Shown one piece after another: positions 17,511 to 27,019 of a stretch of 64,000 bases of DNA (positions are counted from its first letter, which is position 1; every line of letters begins with the position of its first letter). The stretch spans positions 95,601-159,600 of the forward strand of contig CAVTAP010000012.1 of assembly GCA_963732695.1 (NCBI GenBank). Reading direction: 5' to 3'. The notes under the pieces were generated by a model. It was not told where the DNA came from. It made no database searches and saw only the letters and a program-made list of their open reading frames with translations. The translations under genes were made by a program, and so were the position numbers. The DNA is from an uncultured Actinomycetota bacterium (GTDB lineage Bacteria > Actinomycetota > Acidimicrobiia > Acidimicrobiales > SZUA-35).

Positions 17511-18308
17511 GTGAGGGCACCCAAACGGCCGTACCGCAGAGCGGAGGAGCTGCGCGAGCTCCTGGTGGCCGAGGGCGTGCAACTGTTGTTGGAGTCTGAT
17601 CTGGCCGACGGCGACGCCGTCACCTTCGCCCGGGTGTTCGAACGGGTGGAGCAGGCCGGGCACCCCCGGGTGACCAAGGGCTCGGTGCTGGGCCCGGGCC
17701 GGGTCTGGTCGTCGCAGAAGGAGTTCCAGCGCGAGGTGGAGACGGCCACCGCCGGCGTCCTGCTCGACATCGGGGATGAGATGACGGCCTCGCTCGAAGC
17801 CGCCACCGCCGTGCTGGGCGAGGCCGACCTCACCACGGTGGCCGGCCGCACCGACGCCGTGCGCCAATTGTGCCGGGCGGCCGGCACCGCCTACTTCACC
17901 CAGCTGCTCGGCTCCCGCACCTGGAAGTTGTGGGTGGGGCTGTGGGGCAAGGTGGCGGCGTCCTCGGGCGACATCAACCTCGAAGGCCTGGGGGCGTCGC
18001 TGCGCAGCGCCCAACGGAGCACGCTCGACCGGCTGGTCGCCGACCTGTACCGACCGCTGGCCCAGGTGGTCGGGTTCCGGGGCAAGCCCGAGCTCGGTAC
18101 CACCGACGACGCCCTGCGCCGCATGGCGGTGGCCATCGTGGCCCTCACGGACGGGATGGCCATCCATCACCGGCTGTTCCCGGAGCACTTCACCCCGATC
18201 GACCGGCCCCTCGGCCCCGGGGGCGAGGACCAGCCCTGGCACCCCTTCGCCGTGGCCCTGGAAGCCATCATCCTCCAGTACATCGAGCCCGACCCCGCCC
18301 TCGGCTGA
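17511..18308 (+). CDS. Divergent TetR-like protein
   Basis: N-terminal pattern RELLVAEGVQLL..VTFARV..VTKGSV..W.SQKEF resembles a TetR HTH; helical C-terminus. Start GTG 17511 or TTG 17505. Confidence 0.6.
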   Translation: MRAPKRPYRRAEELRELLVAEGVQLLLESDLADGDAVTFARVFERVEQAGHPRVTKGSVLGPGRVWSSQKEFQREVETATAGVLLDIGDEMTASLEAATAVLGEADLTTVAGRTDAVRQLCRAAGTAYFTQLLGSRTWKLWVGLWGKVAASSGDINLEGLGASLRSAQRSTLDRLVADLYRPLAQVVGFRGKPELGTTDDALRRMAVAIVALTDGMAIHHRLFPEHFTPIDRPLGPGGEDQPWHPFAVALEAIILQYIEPDPALG

Positions 18309-18340
18309 GCCGAGCCGTGTCGGCGCCGGTCAGGTGCCGG

Positions 18341-19093
18341 TCAGGTGCCGGTGAAGTGAGGGGCGCGCTTCTCCTTGAGGGCCCGCATGGCCTCGCGGTG
18401 GTCGTTGCTGGCGAAGGCGGCCTTGGCCCTTGTGTCGACGCTGGCCAGCGAGCTGCGGTCCACCGCCAGCTCGTTGATCGACGCCTTCATGCCGGTCACC
18501 GCCAGCGGCGCCAGGCTGGCCACCGCCTCGGCCAGGGTGTCGATGCGGTGGTCGAGCTCCTCCACCTTCACCACCTCGTCGAGGTAGCCGATACGGAGCA
18601 GCTCGTCGGCCTCGAAGGGCAGGGCGGTGAGGAAGATGCGCTTGGTGGCGGCCGGGCCGAGCTGCTCCACGAACCGCCGCAGCCCGGTGGCGTAGTAATG
18701 CACGCCGATCTTGCCCGCCGGCATCAGCAGGTGGATGCCGGCCGCCGCGATCCGCAGGTCGCACGACAGGGCCAGGTCGGTGCCGCCGCCATGGATGTTG
18801 CCGGCGATCCGGGCCAGCACCGGCACCCGCAGCGACTGGAGCCGGTCGCACAGGTCGCCGAAGCTCACCTCCAGCCTCTCGCCGTCGGCCAGGGCGCCCA
18901 GGTGGAAGCCGGAGCAGAACGACGGGCCCGACGAGGTGAGCACGGCCACCCGCACGTCGGGGTCGGCGTCGATCTGCTCGCACAGCTCCATCAGGCGCAC
19001 CAGGTCGGCGGGCTCGATGCGGTTGCGCTTCTCGGGTCGCTGCAGCCGGATCGTGGCCCGGTTCCCGCTGATCTCCAGGGTCGGCTCGTCCAT
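18341..19093 (-). CDS. Enoyl-CoA hydratase/isomerase family
   Basis: RPEKRN, FCSGFHL, GGGTDLALSCDLR. Confidence 0.9.
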   Translation of the reverse strand: MDEPTLEISGNRATIRLQRPEKRNRIEPADLVRLMELCEQIDADPDVRVAVLTSSGPSFCSGFHLGALADGERLEVSFGDLCDRLQSLRVPVLARIAGNIHGGGTDLALSCDLRIAAAGIHLLMPAGKIGVHYYATGLRRFVEQLGPAATKRIFLTALPFEADELLRIGYLDEVVKVEELDHRIDTLAEAVASLAPLAVTGMKASINELAVDRSSLASVDTRAKAAFASNDHREAMRALKEKRAPHFTGT

Positions 19094-19104
19094 GGGCCCC
19101 GACG

Positions 19105-19944
19105 CTACTTGCCCGGGCCGCCCCCCGTCCTCATGGCGAGCGCCGGCTCCCCGTCGATCGGGTCGTCGATGTCGCCCGCAAGCGGCCGGGCGGGTGGCCC
19201 GGTGAGGAGCAGGACCATCGGCACCAGCAGGGCGACGCACACCAGCCCGTCGAGCCAGTAGTGGTTGGCCGTGACGGTGACCACGGTGACGGTGGCGGCC
19301 AGGTGGGCGGCCCCCAGCCACCGGGCCCAGCTCCCGCTGAGCCGCCAGGTGGCGATGGCGACGAGGGCGGCCCAGCCCACGTGGAGCGACGGCATGGCCT
19401 GGAGCTGGCCGGCCACGGTGGAGCCGCCGATGGCGTAGACCGACTGGCCGTAGGCCACGCCGGTGTCGAGCATCCCGATCGAGGGGATCAGGCGGGGTGG
19501 GGCCACCGGGATCAGCTGGATCACGAGCGACACGAACGTGATCCCCACCAGCACGTTGCGCCAGCCGGGGTACTCGGCCCGGTGGCGGAAGAACAGCCAG
19601 ACCAGGAACAGGCCCATGCCCGGCACGTGGGCCGCGGCGTAGTAGACGTTGGCCGCCTGGGCCAACCAGCCGTGGGGGACGATCAGATCCTGGAAGGCCC
19701 GCTCGCTCGGGAGCCGCAACGTCCGTTCCAGGTTCCACAACCACAGGCCCCGGTCGTTGGCCCGCTCGATCCCCGACACCGACAGCCGGCCCGCCACCTG
19801 CCACAACGTGTAGAGCAGGGCCACCCGTGACGCCTCGCGCGCCACAGCTCCCACCGTGCCGCCACCGTTGAGCCGGCCCGCCACCGCCCCGATGGCGAAC
19901 AGGAGCCCGGCCAGCGGAAGGCTGTAGGTCCAGGGCAACCACAT
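19105..19944 (-). CDS. PAP2-like (inositolphosphoceramide synthase-type) membrane protein
   Basis: PVAPPRL, AMPSLHVGWA, TANHYWLD. Confidence 0.9.
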   Translation of the reverse strand: MWLPWTYSLPLAGLLFAIGAVAGRLNGGGTVGAVAREASRVALLYTLWQVAGRLSVSGIERANDRGLWLWNLERTLRLPSERAFQDLIVPHGWLAQAANVYYAAAHVPGMGLFLVWLFFRHRAEYPGWRNVLVGITFVSLVIQLIPVAPPRLIPSIGMLDTGVAYGQSVYAIGGSTVAGQLQAMPSLHVGWAALVAIATWRLSGSWARWLGAAHLAATVTVVTVTANHYWLDGLVCVALLVPMVLLLTGPPARPLAGDIDDPIDGEPALAMRTGGGPGK

Positions 19945-19993
19945 GGCCCCCCGAGACTACCGCCCCCGACGTGCTCCCTCCTGGCGTGGGACC

Positions 19994-21614
19994 TCAGCCC
20001 ACCTGGTGGCGGTGGGAGCGGTACCAGGCGATGGCGGCGTTGGTCGACGCGTCGTGGCCGAGCGGGGTGTCGACCGCCAGCTCGCCCTCGATGGCGGTGG
20101 CCAGCACCTTGCCCAGCTCCACGCCGAACTGGTCGAAGCTGTTGATCCCCCACACCGTGCCCATGGTGAACACCTTGTGCTCGTACAGCGCGATCAGGCG
20201 GCCCAACGTGGCCGGGTCGAGCTGTTCGGCCAGGATCGTGGTGGTGGGCCGGTTGCCGGTGAACACCCGGTTGGGGTCGTCGCTGTCCTGGCCGAAGGCC
20301 AGGGCCTCGGTCTGGGCCAACAGGTTGGCCATCAGCCGGTCGTGGTGGTCGCCGATGGGATCGGTGGCCTGGGCGAACCCGATCATGTCGCACGGGATCA
20401 GGCGTGTTCCCTGGTGGATGAGCTGGTAGAAGGCGTGCTGGCCGTTGGTGCCGGGCTCGCCCCACACGATGGGCCCGGTGGCGTACCCCACCCGCCGGCC
20501 CCACCGGTCCACCCCCTTGCCGTTCGACTCCATGTCGAGCTGCTGCAGATAGGCGGGGAAGCGGGCCAGGTGGTCGGCGTAGGGGAGCACGGCCACCGTC
20601 TCGGCCCCCAGGAAGTTCGTATACCAGACACCGAGCAGGCCCAGCAGCACCGGCAGGTTGGCCGCCAGCGGGGCCGACCGGAAATGCTCGTCGACCTCCC
20701 GCATCCCGGCCAGGAACTCCCGGAACCCGTCGGGCCCGATGGCCACCATCAGCGACAGACCCACGGCCGACCCCACCGAGTACCGGCCACCCACCCAGTC
20801 CCAGAAGCCGAACATGTTGGCCGGGTCGATGCCGAAGGCCTCCACCCGATCGGCGTTGGTCGACACGGCGACGAAGTGGCGGGGCACGGCGTCCTCGCCC
20901 AGGTCGTCGACCAGCCACCGGCGGGCCGAGCCGGCGTTGGTGAGCGTCTCGATCGTGCCGAACGTCTTGGACACCACGATGAACAGCGTCGTCTCGGGGT
21001 CGAGGTCGACCAGAGCCTCGTGGAGCGCGCTCGGGGTCGATGTTGGACACGTAGCGGAACGTGAGGCGCCGGTCGCTCCAGGGGCGCAGGGCGTGGTAGG
21101 CCATGGCCGGCCCCAGGTCGGAGCCGCCGATGCCGATGTTGACCACGGCCCGGATGGGCTCGCCGGTGGCGCCCGTCCACCGGCCGCTGCGCACGGCGTC
21201 GACGAAGGCGGCCATGCGGTCGAGCTCGGTGTGGACGTCGGCCCCCACGTCGGCCCCGTCGACCTCCAAACGCTCGCCGGCCGGAAGGCGCAGGGCGGTG
21301 TGGAGCACGGCCCGGCCCTCGCTCTCGTTGATGGGGGCGCCGGCGAACATCTGGTCCCGCCGCTCCTCCAGCCCGGCGGCCCGGGCCAGGTCGCTCAGCA
21401 GGGAGATGGTCTCCGCCGTGATCCAGTTCTTCGACAGGTCCACCCGGAGCCCGGCCGCTTCGAGGGTCAGGCCCCCGGCCCGGCCCGGGTCGGCGGCGAA
21501 GAGATGACGGAGGCTGGTACCGGCCAGGCCGTCCCGGTGGGCGGTCAAGGTGGCCCAGGCCGGGGTCTCGTCGATCGGGGGCGGCGGCTGGGGAGCGCTT
21601 GTCGGCGTGGCCAT
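19994..21614 (-). pseudogene. pgi: Glucose-6-phosphate isomerase with 1-nt frameshift (probably a sequencing error)
   Basis: N-half [16 protein letters not shown]; C-half [30 protein letters not shown]; frames join if one G of 21033-21036 is removed. Confidence 0.92.
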
Positions 21615-21708
21615 GGGGTTGGATTGTGACGCCCCGGAGCGCCGCTCCCCCCGGAAGCCCCGATATTTCGGTTCGTATGGCCCGCTGATCGGGCCCCTGC
21701 CGGAGTGA

Positions 21709-22353
21709 TCAGGCGTCGGGGCGCGGGGTGACGTAGAGGCTCTCGGCCGTGGGGCCGGGCTGGCCGTCATTGGTCAGCTCGGCCACCACCACGAACTTGC
21801 GGCCCTCCCGCTCCTTGAGCCGGGCCCGGATCTCGACGGGCACGCCGGTGAGCACCGGGGCCCGGTAGTCGACCCGGAGCCAGGCGGTGAAGCCCCGCTC
21901 GCCCTCCATGTACAGCACCTGGCCCATTGCCTCGTCGAACAGCGAGGCCACGATGCCGCCGTGGGCCCGGCCGGGCAGGCCCTCGAAGCCGGGGTCGAGC
22001 GTCACCCGCAGCACGGCCTCGTCGCCCTCGCGGTGGATGCGGGTGCCGGTGGACAGCGGGTTGGCCGGGCCGGCCACCATGCAGTCGTCGACGCAGCTCA
22101 GCACGGCCCCCTCGGGCTGGGAGCCGGTGGCCCAGTTGGGGAAGCTGTCGGTGCCCCGGGGCCGGGCCGGGGCCTGCTCCAGCTCGTCGCCCAGGGCGGT
22201 GGCGGTGGCCGCCAGCTGGCCCAGCAGCTCGTCGTCGCCGTCGTGGGCCATCAGGGCGTGCACCAGGCGGCGCACGGCGGCGGCCGCTGCCATCCGGGCC
22301 GGGCTCGTGTCGTCGGGATGGGTGTGCCCGGGATGATCGTCGTCGTCGCTCAC
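21709..22353 (-). CDS. PaaI family thioesterase
   Basis: EGLPGRAHGG..FDE, LRVDYRAP. Confidence 0.9.
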   Translation of the reverse strand: MSDDDDHPGHTHPDDTSPARMAAAAAVRRLVHALMAHDGDDELLGQLAATATALGDELEQAPARPRGTDSFPNWATGSQPEGAVLSCVDDCMVAGPANPLSTGTRIHREGDEAVLRVTLDPGFEGLPGRAHGGIVASLFDEAMGQVLYMEGERGFTAWLRVDYRAPVLTGVPVEIRARLKEREGRKFVVVAELTNDGQPGPTAESLYVTPRPDA

Positions 22354-22357
22354 GGGG

Positions 22358-23371
22358 TCACCGGTAGAAGGTCTCGGCGATGGTGGTGTCGTAGGCCCGG
22401 CGCTGCTCGCCCGCCACCGGCGGCGGCTGGAGGCACAGCGAGTCGGCCACCTCCCACATCGGCTCCAGCTGCCCGGCCACCTCGCCCGGGGTGCCGCACA
22501 CCACGAACGTGCGGGCCATCTCGTCGGGTACCAGGTCCACCAGGTTGCGCTGGCCGGCGGCCGCCGCCTCGGCCAGACGGCCCGCTTCGGCCCCGAACCC
22601 GTGGGCGGCGAAGTAGGGCTGGTACTGGGCGATGGCGGCGTAGATGGCCACGTGGCGCTTGGCGTCGTTCACCGACTCGGCCCGGTCGGGATTGGGGGCC
22701 ACCACATGCCACAGGTTGATCTCCACCTCGCTCCGGCTGCGGCCGGAGGCGGCCACGGCGTCGGCGAAGGGGCCGGTGATCTGCTGGCGGGCCCAGTCGA
22801 GCGACCACGACGGATGCCCCACCAGGCCGTCGGCCAACTCGCCCGCCACCCGCACCAGGGGGGTGCGCAGGGCCGCCACCCAGATCGGGAGGCGGGGCCG
22901 CAGGGGCGGGGCGATCGAGGCCCGGGAGAAGTCGAGCTGGTTGAACTCGCCGTCGAACCGGCCCGCCTTTCGGGCCTCGCCGGTGGTGACGAGGCGGATG
23001 ATCCGAAGGGCCTCGGCCAGGCGGGCCACCGGCCGGTCGTACGCCATGGCGTAGTGCTGCTCGTGGACCGAGCGCACGCCGGTGCCGAGGCCGAGGGTGA
23101 AGCGGCCTTCGCTCAGCTTGTCGAGGTCGAGGGCGGCCAGGGCCGTGTCGTAAGGGGACCGGGCCAAAGCCAGGGCGATCCCGCTGGCCAGGCGGATCGA
23201 CGAGGTGGTGGCGGCCACCGCCCCCAGCGAGGCCCAGGGGTTGGTGGCCAGCTCGAAGCTGAACACCCCCTCCAGCCCGGCCGCCTCCGCCTCCTGGGCC
23301 GCCTGGCCGGTGCGGGCCGCCGACCGTGACGGGGGCAGCATGATCCAGTACCTACGGGCAGCGTCGCTCAT
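22358..23371 (-). CDS. LLM class (probably F420-dependent) oxidoreductase
   Basis: LSEGRFTLGLGTG, PIWVAAL, AGELADG. Confidence 0.88.
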   Translation of the reverse strand: MSDAARRYWIMLPPSRSAARTGQAAQEAEAAGLEGVFSFELATNPWASLGAVAATTSSIRLASGIALALARSPYDTALAALDLDKLSEGRFTLGLGTGVRSVHEQHYAMAYDRPVARLAEALRIIRLVTTGEARKAGRFDGEFNQLDFSRASIAPPLRPRLPIWVAALRTPLVRVAGELADGLVGHPSWSLDWARQQITGPFADAVAASGRSRSEVEINLWHVVAPNPDRAESVNDAKRHVAIYAAIAQYQPYFAAHGFGAEAGRLAEAAAAGQRNLVDLVPDEMARTFVVCGTPGEVAGQLEPMWEVADSLCLQPPPVAGEQRRAYDTTIAETFYR

Positions 23372-23451
23372 CGCCGGCCGATCGTAGTGGGGTGGCGCCA
23401 GCGGGCCTGAATTGCCGCACTGCCCGCTGGCGCCCGATTGGTGGCGCAGCC

Positions 23452-24270
23452 CTACTCGACGATCCGCACGAGGGCGATGTAGGGGCTGTTCGTCCGCTTC
23501 TTCACCACGCCGTCGGCGGTGAGCTGCACGATGTTGCGGCCCACGGTGTCGCCTTCGTTGCCACCGACGGCCACCGCGAACGGGCCGCTGTCGTTGCGGT
23601 CGACCTGCACGATGATGCGGGAGTGGGACATGTAGTTGCGGTTGGCCCGGGCGTGGGCGAAATCGACGTGTCCGCCGCCCCGGTTGTTCTGGACGATGTC
23701 GCCCACCTGCACCGGCATGGCCTGGAAGTCGAAGCCCCGGAACACGCCGGTGCCCTGCTCGGTGTTCTTGATGGCGTCGAACACGAACTCGGAGTGGGCG
23801 CTGGAGAAGCCGAAGCTCGCCGCCGCCGGCCCGCCCTGGCGGACGCACCAGGAGATGAAGGCGGCCGACCATGGCACGTCGACACAGCTCTGAGCGCTGA
23901 TGCCGACCCCCTCGGTCCAATACTTGCCGATCTGGCGACACAGGCGGGGATCGGCCTCGTCGTCGAGGCGGTACTCCTGGAACTGGCCCAGGGCGGCGGC
24001 TGCGATCGCCACCCCCAGCACCGATCCGACCGGCGAGTTGCGGTTGTTGCCGAGCTCCTCGGCCACGATGGCGGCCATCGTCAGCGGGCCGACCTCGCCA
24101 TCGTCCAGGAGGCCGTGGGCCGCCTGGAAGGCCTTCACCCCGTTCTCGGTGTTGATCCCGAAGTCGCCGTCGATCCCGCCGACGTCGACCCCGAGACGGG
24201 TCAGCCGTTCCTGGAGCCGGCGTACCGCCTGCCCCCTGCTGCCGAACTTGAGAATGCGCTGTGTAGCCAT
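23452..24270 (-). CDS. Peptidoglycan-binding domain + DUF2272 (CHAP-like) protein
   Basis: DGDFG..T..VKAFQ..GL.DDGEVGP.T; PWSAAFISW, VGDIV, SHS, VGGN. Confidence 0.8.
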   Translation of the reverse strand: MATQRILKFGSRGQAVRRLQERLTRLGVDVGGIDGDFGINTENGVKAFQAAHGLLDDGEVGPLTMAAIVAEELGNNRNSPVGSVLGVAIAAAALGQFQEYRLDDEADPRLCRQIGKYWTEGVGISAQSCVDVPWSAAFISWCVRQGGPAAASFGFSSAHSEFVFDAIKNTEQGTGVFRGFDFQAMPVQVGDIVQNNRGGGHVDFAHARANRNYMSHSRIIVQVDRNDSGPFAVAVGGNEGDTVGRNIVQLTADGVVKKRTNSPYIALVRIVE

Positions 24271-24386
24271 CGGGTCCCCCCTCATGCGGCGGATGTGCCG
24301 ATCACACAGTGGCTCCGGTGGGGCGCCGCAGGCCCCGGAATTTCGGCCCCGGAGGCGCTCGTGTGGGGACGCGAACAGGCGTTGAG

Positions 24387-24785
24387 TCAGTCGGCGAACA
24401 TGTCGTCGACCAGGGCGGTGTCGAGGTAGGCCACCACGTCCACCACCTGGGCGTCGGCCAGGCGCATGACCCAGCAGTAGTCCTGGTTGTAGGGGCGGCC
24501 GTTGACGCCCCGGCTGGTGCCCTGCCACTGCAGCACCACGGTGTCGCCGGCCTCGTGCACCGCCGTCACCTTGGCCACCAAGGGCTCGGCGAAGCGCTCG
24601 AACAGCTGGCCGGCGGCGCCGCCCAGGAACTCGGAGCGGGAGCGGTAGGTGCCCGACACGGGGGTGGAGCCGATGACCCGCCAGGTGACGTCGTCGGCCA
24701 CGATCTGGAAGAAGGGGCGGCTGTCGCCCTGTTCCCAGGAGGCGAAGGCGGTGCGAACCAGCTCACCGTTGCTCTGCGTGCTCAT
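24387..24785 (-). CDS. SnoaL-like / NTF2 family protein
   Basis: ADDVTW, GRPYNQDYCW, YLDT; TAGCGT before ATG. Confidence 0.88.
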   Translation of the reverse strand: MSTQSNGELVRTAFASWEQGDSRPFFQIVADDVTWRVIGSTPVSGTYRSRSEFLGGAAGQLFERFAEPLVAKVTAVHEAGDTVVLQWQGTSRGVNGRPYNQDYCWVMRLADAQVVDVVAYLDTALVDDMFAD

Positions 24786-24821
24786 GCACCGACGCTAGTC
24801 CTGCCGCTACGGTCGGGCGGC

Positions 24822-25706
24822 ATGCAGACCAGTGTTGACATCGGACGGGTGGGGATCTGGCAGGGCGTGCTCGATCAGCAGCCCTCGAGCCGGGTGCGGG
24901 AGTTGGCGGCCGAGATCGAGGCCATGGGGTGGCCGGCGTTGTGGCTGCCCGAGGCGACCGGGCGCGACGCCTTCGTGTCGTCGTCGGTGCTGCTCGGCGC
25001 CACCACCACGCTGAAGGTGGCCACCGGGATCGCCCAGATCCACGCCCGCGACCCGCTCACCACCGCCGCCGGGCAGAAGACGCTGGCCGAGGCGTACGAC
25101 AACCGCTTCCTGCTCGGTCTCGGGGTGAGCCACCACCCGATGATCGAGAACGCCCGCAAGCAGGCCTACACCAAGCCGTACTCGTTCATGAAGGACTACC
25201 TGGCCCGGATGGCCGAGGCCCCGTTCACGGCGTTGGGCCCGGCCGAGCCGCCGCCCACCATCCTGGCCGCCCTGGGGCCCAAGATGCTGGCCCTGTCGGC
25301 CACCGTGCAGGGGGCCCACCCGTACTTCGTTCCGCCGGAGCACACGGTGCTGGCCCGGGAGGCGCTGGGCCCGGAGCCGCTGCTGGCGGTGGAGCAGATG
25401 GTGATCCTCGACACCAACCCCGAGACGGCCCGGGCCCTGGCCCAGGGCGACATGGCCCGCTACCTGGCCCTGCCCAACTACGCCAACAACCTGCGCCGCC
25501 TCGGCTACACCGAGGAAGACCTGGCCGGCCCGTCCGATCGGCTGGTCGACGCCATCGTGGCCTGGGGCGACGGGGACGCGATCAAGGCCCGGGTGCAGGC
25601 CCACCTCGACGCCGGCGCCGACCACGTCTGCGTGCAGCATCTGGTGGCCGACCGCAAGGTCCCGCCGGTCGACCAGTGGCGCCAGCTGGCCGAGATCCTG
25701 CTGTAG
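24822..25706 (+). CDS. F420-dependent LLM oxidoreductase (TIGR03620-like)
   Basis: GRVGIW, LGLGVSH, AALGPKML, GAHPYFVPPEHT, GADHVC. Confidence 0.9.
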   Translation: MQTSVDIGRVGIWQGVLDQQPSSRVRELAAEIEAMGWPALWLPEATGRDAFVSSSVLLGATTTLKVATGIAQIHARDPLTTAAGQKTLAEAYDNRFLLGLGVSHHPMIENARKQAYTKPYSFMKDYLARMAEAPFTALGPAEPPPTILAALGPKMLALSATVQGAHPYFVPPEHTVLAREALGPEPLLAVEQMVILDTNPETARALAQGDMARYLALPNYANNLRRLGYTEEDLAGPSDRLVDAIVAWGDGDAIKARVQAHLDAGADHVCVQHLVADRKVPPVDQWRQLAEILL

Positions 25707-25729
25707 CCCGATCACGAGGAGAACCTGCC

Positions 25730-26281
25730 ATGGCACTACGCCGACCCCCCTCCGCCCGGGTGGAGCCCCTGGCTTCGGCCGTCGAGGGCGCCCGAGAGGC
25801 GATGAAGTCGATGCCCCACAACGCCGTGAACGTGCGGGCCACGATGGCCCACCATCCGGTGCTGGCCCGGGCCTTCGGCGGCTTCGCCAACGCCGTGCTC
25901 AACGAGAGCACCACGCCCCGGCGCCAGCGGGAGCTGGTGATCCTGCGGATGGGCTGGAACTGTCAGGCACAGTACGAGTTCGGTCAGCACACGATGTACG
26001 GGATGGCCAACGGGGTGACGGCGGAGGAGGTGGCCGCCGTCACCCGGCCGTTGGCGTCGCACCCGTGGGCCGACGACGACCGGGTGCTGTTGCAGATGGC
26101 CGACGATCTCTACACCGACGACTGCGTCACCGACGCCACCTGGGCCGAGCTGACCGCCCGCTGGTCGACCCCCGAGGTGATGGAGTTCGTGATGGCCGCC
26201 CTGTGCTACCGGGTGGTCAGCGGCTTCCTCAACACCTGCGGCGTCGAGCTCGACGAGGGCGTGCCTGGCTGGCCTGCCTGA
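25730..26281 (+). CDS. Carboxymuconolactone decarboxylase/AhpD-like protein
   Basis: GAGGAG RBS; RELVILR..C.AQYEFGQH. Confidence 0.88.
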   Translation: MALRRPPSARVEPLASAVEGAREAMKSMPHNAVNVRATMAHHPVLARAFGGFANAVLNESTTPRRQRELVILRMGWNCQAQYEFGQHTMYGMANGVTAEEVAAVTRPLASHPWADDDRVLLQMADDLYTDDCVTDATWAELTARWSTPEVMEFVMAALCYRVVSGFLNTCGVELDEGVPGWPA

Positions 26282-26447
26282 TCCTCCGCCGTCACCGGTC
26301 CGGCAAGGGCGTGACCTGGTGGTCGTCGTCGGTCGGCTCGGCCATCCACTCCGTTCTACCGACTTCAGCCGCCGACAGCTTGGGAGCGGTTCGGCGGGCG
26401 GTGGTAGCGTGCGGTCTCTCGTCGAACAACACCAGGGGGTCCCGACG

Positions 26448-27014
26448 ATGCACCAAGCCCGACCCAGCGCTCCGCGCCTCCAGCCCGTCCCGGAGGTGGT
26501 CGTGAAGGCCCGCGAGTGGATGAAGAAGTCGCCGGTGAACGCCGTCAACGTGACGGCCACGATGGCCCACAACCGCACGCTGGCCAAGGCCTTCGGCGGG
26601 TTCGCCCAGGGCGTGCTCTTCGACGGTGGGCTGCCCCGCCGGATCGTGGAGCTGGCCGTGCTCCGCATGGGGTGGAACTGCCAGGCCATCTACGAATTCG
26701 GCCAGCACACCCTGTTCGGCAAGGACGTCGGGCTGACCGACGACGAGATCTTCTGGGTCACCCGGCCCATCAGCCAGCACAGCTGGACCCCGGCCGAGGC
26801 CGCCGCCCTGCAGTGCGTCGACGACCTCTACGCCGACGACTGCGTTGGCGACGCCGCCTGGGCCGAGGCGTCCAAGCACTTCAACCCGTCGGAGATGATC
26901 CATCTGCTGATGGCGGCCGGCTGCTACCGGGTGGTCAGCGGGTTCCTCAACAGCTGTGGCGTCGAGCTCGACGAGGGCGTGCCCGGCTGGCCCACCCCGC
27001 CGGCGGGAGCCTGA
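26448..27014 (+). CDS. Carboxymuconolactone decarboxylase/AhpD-like protein (tandem paralog)
   Basis: ELAVLRMGWNCQAIYEFGQH; C-terminus nearly identical to upstream gene. Confidence 0.88.
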   Translation: MHQARPSAPRLQPVPEVVVKAREWMKKSPVNAVNVTATMAHNRTLAKAFGGFAQGVLFDGGLPRRIVELAVLRMGWNCQAIYEFGQHTLFGKDVGLTDDEIFWVTRPISQHSWTPAEAAALQCVDDLYADDCVGDAAWAEASKHFNPSEMIHLLMAAGCYRVVSGFLNSCGVELDEGVPGWPTPPAGA

Positions 27015-27019
27015 GCGGT

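Noticed and set aside
18330-18351. 11-bp duplication tcaggtgccgg at the end of the crotonase gene
   Set aside because: Simple local duplication of the stop region; no element between the copies.
21025-21040. Programmed frameshift in pgi
   Set aside because: No slippery heptamer or precedent recognised; a homopolymer error is simpler.
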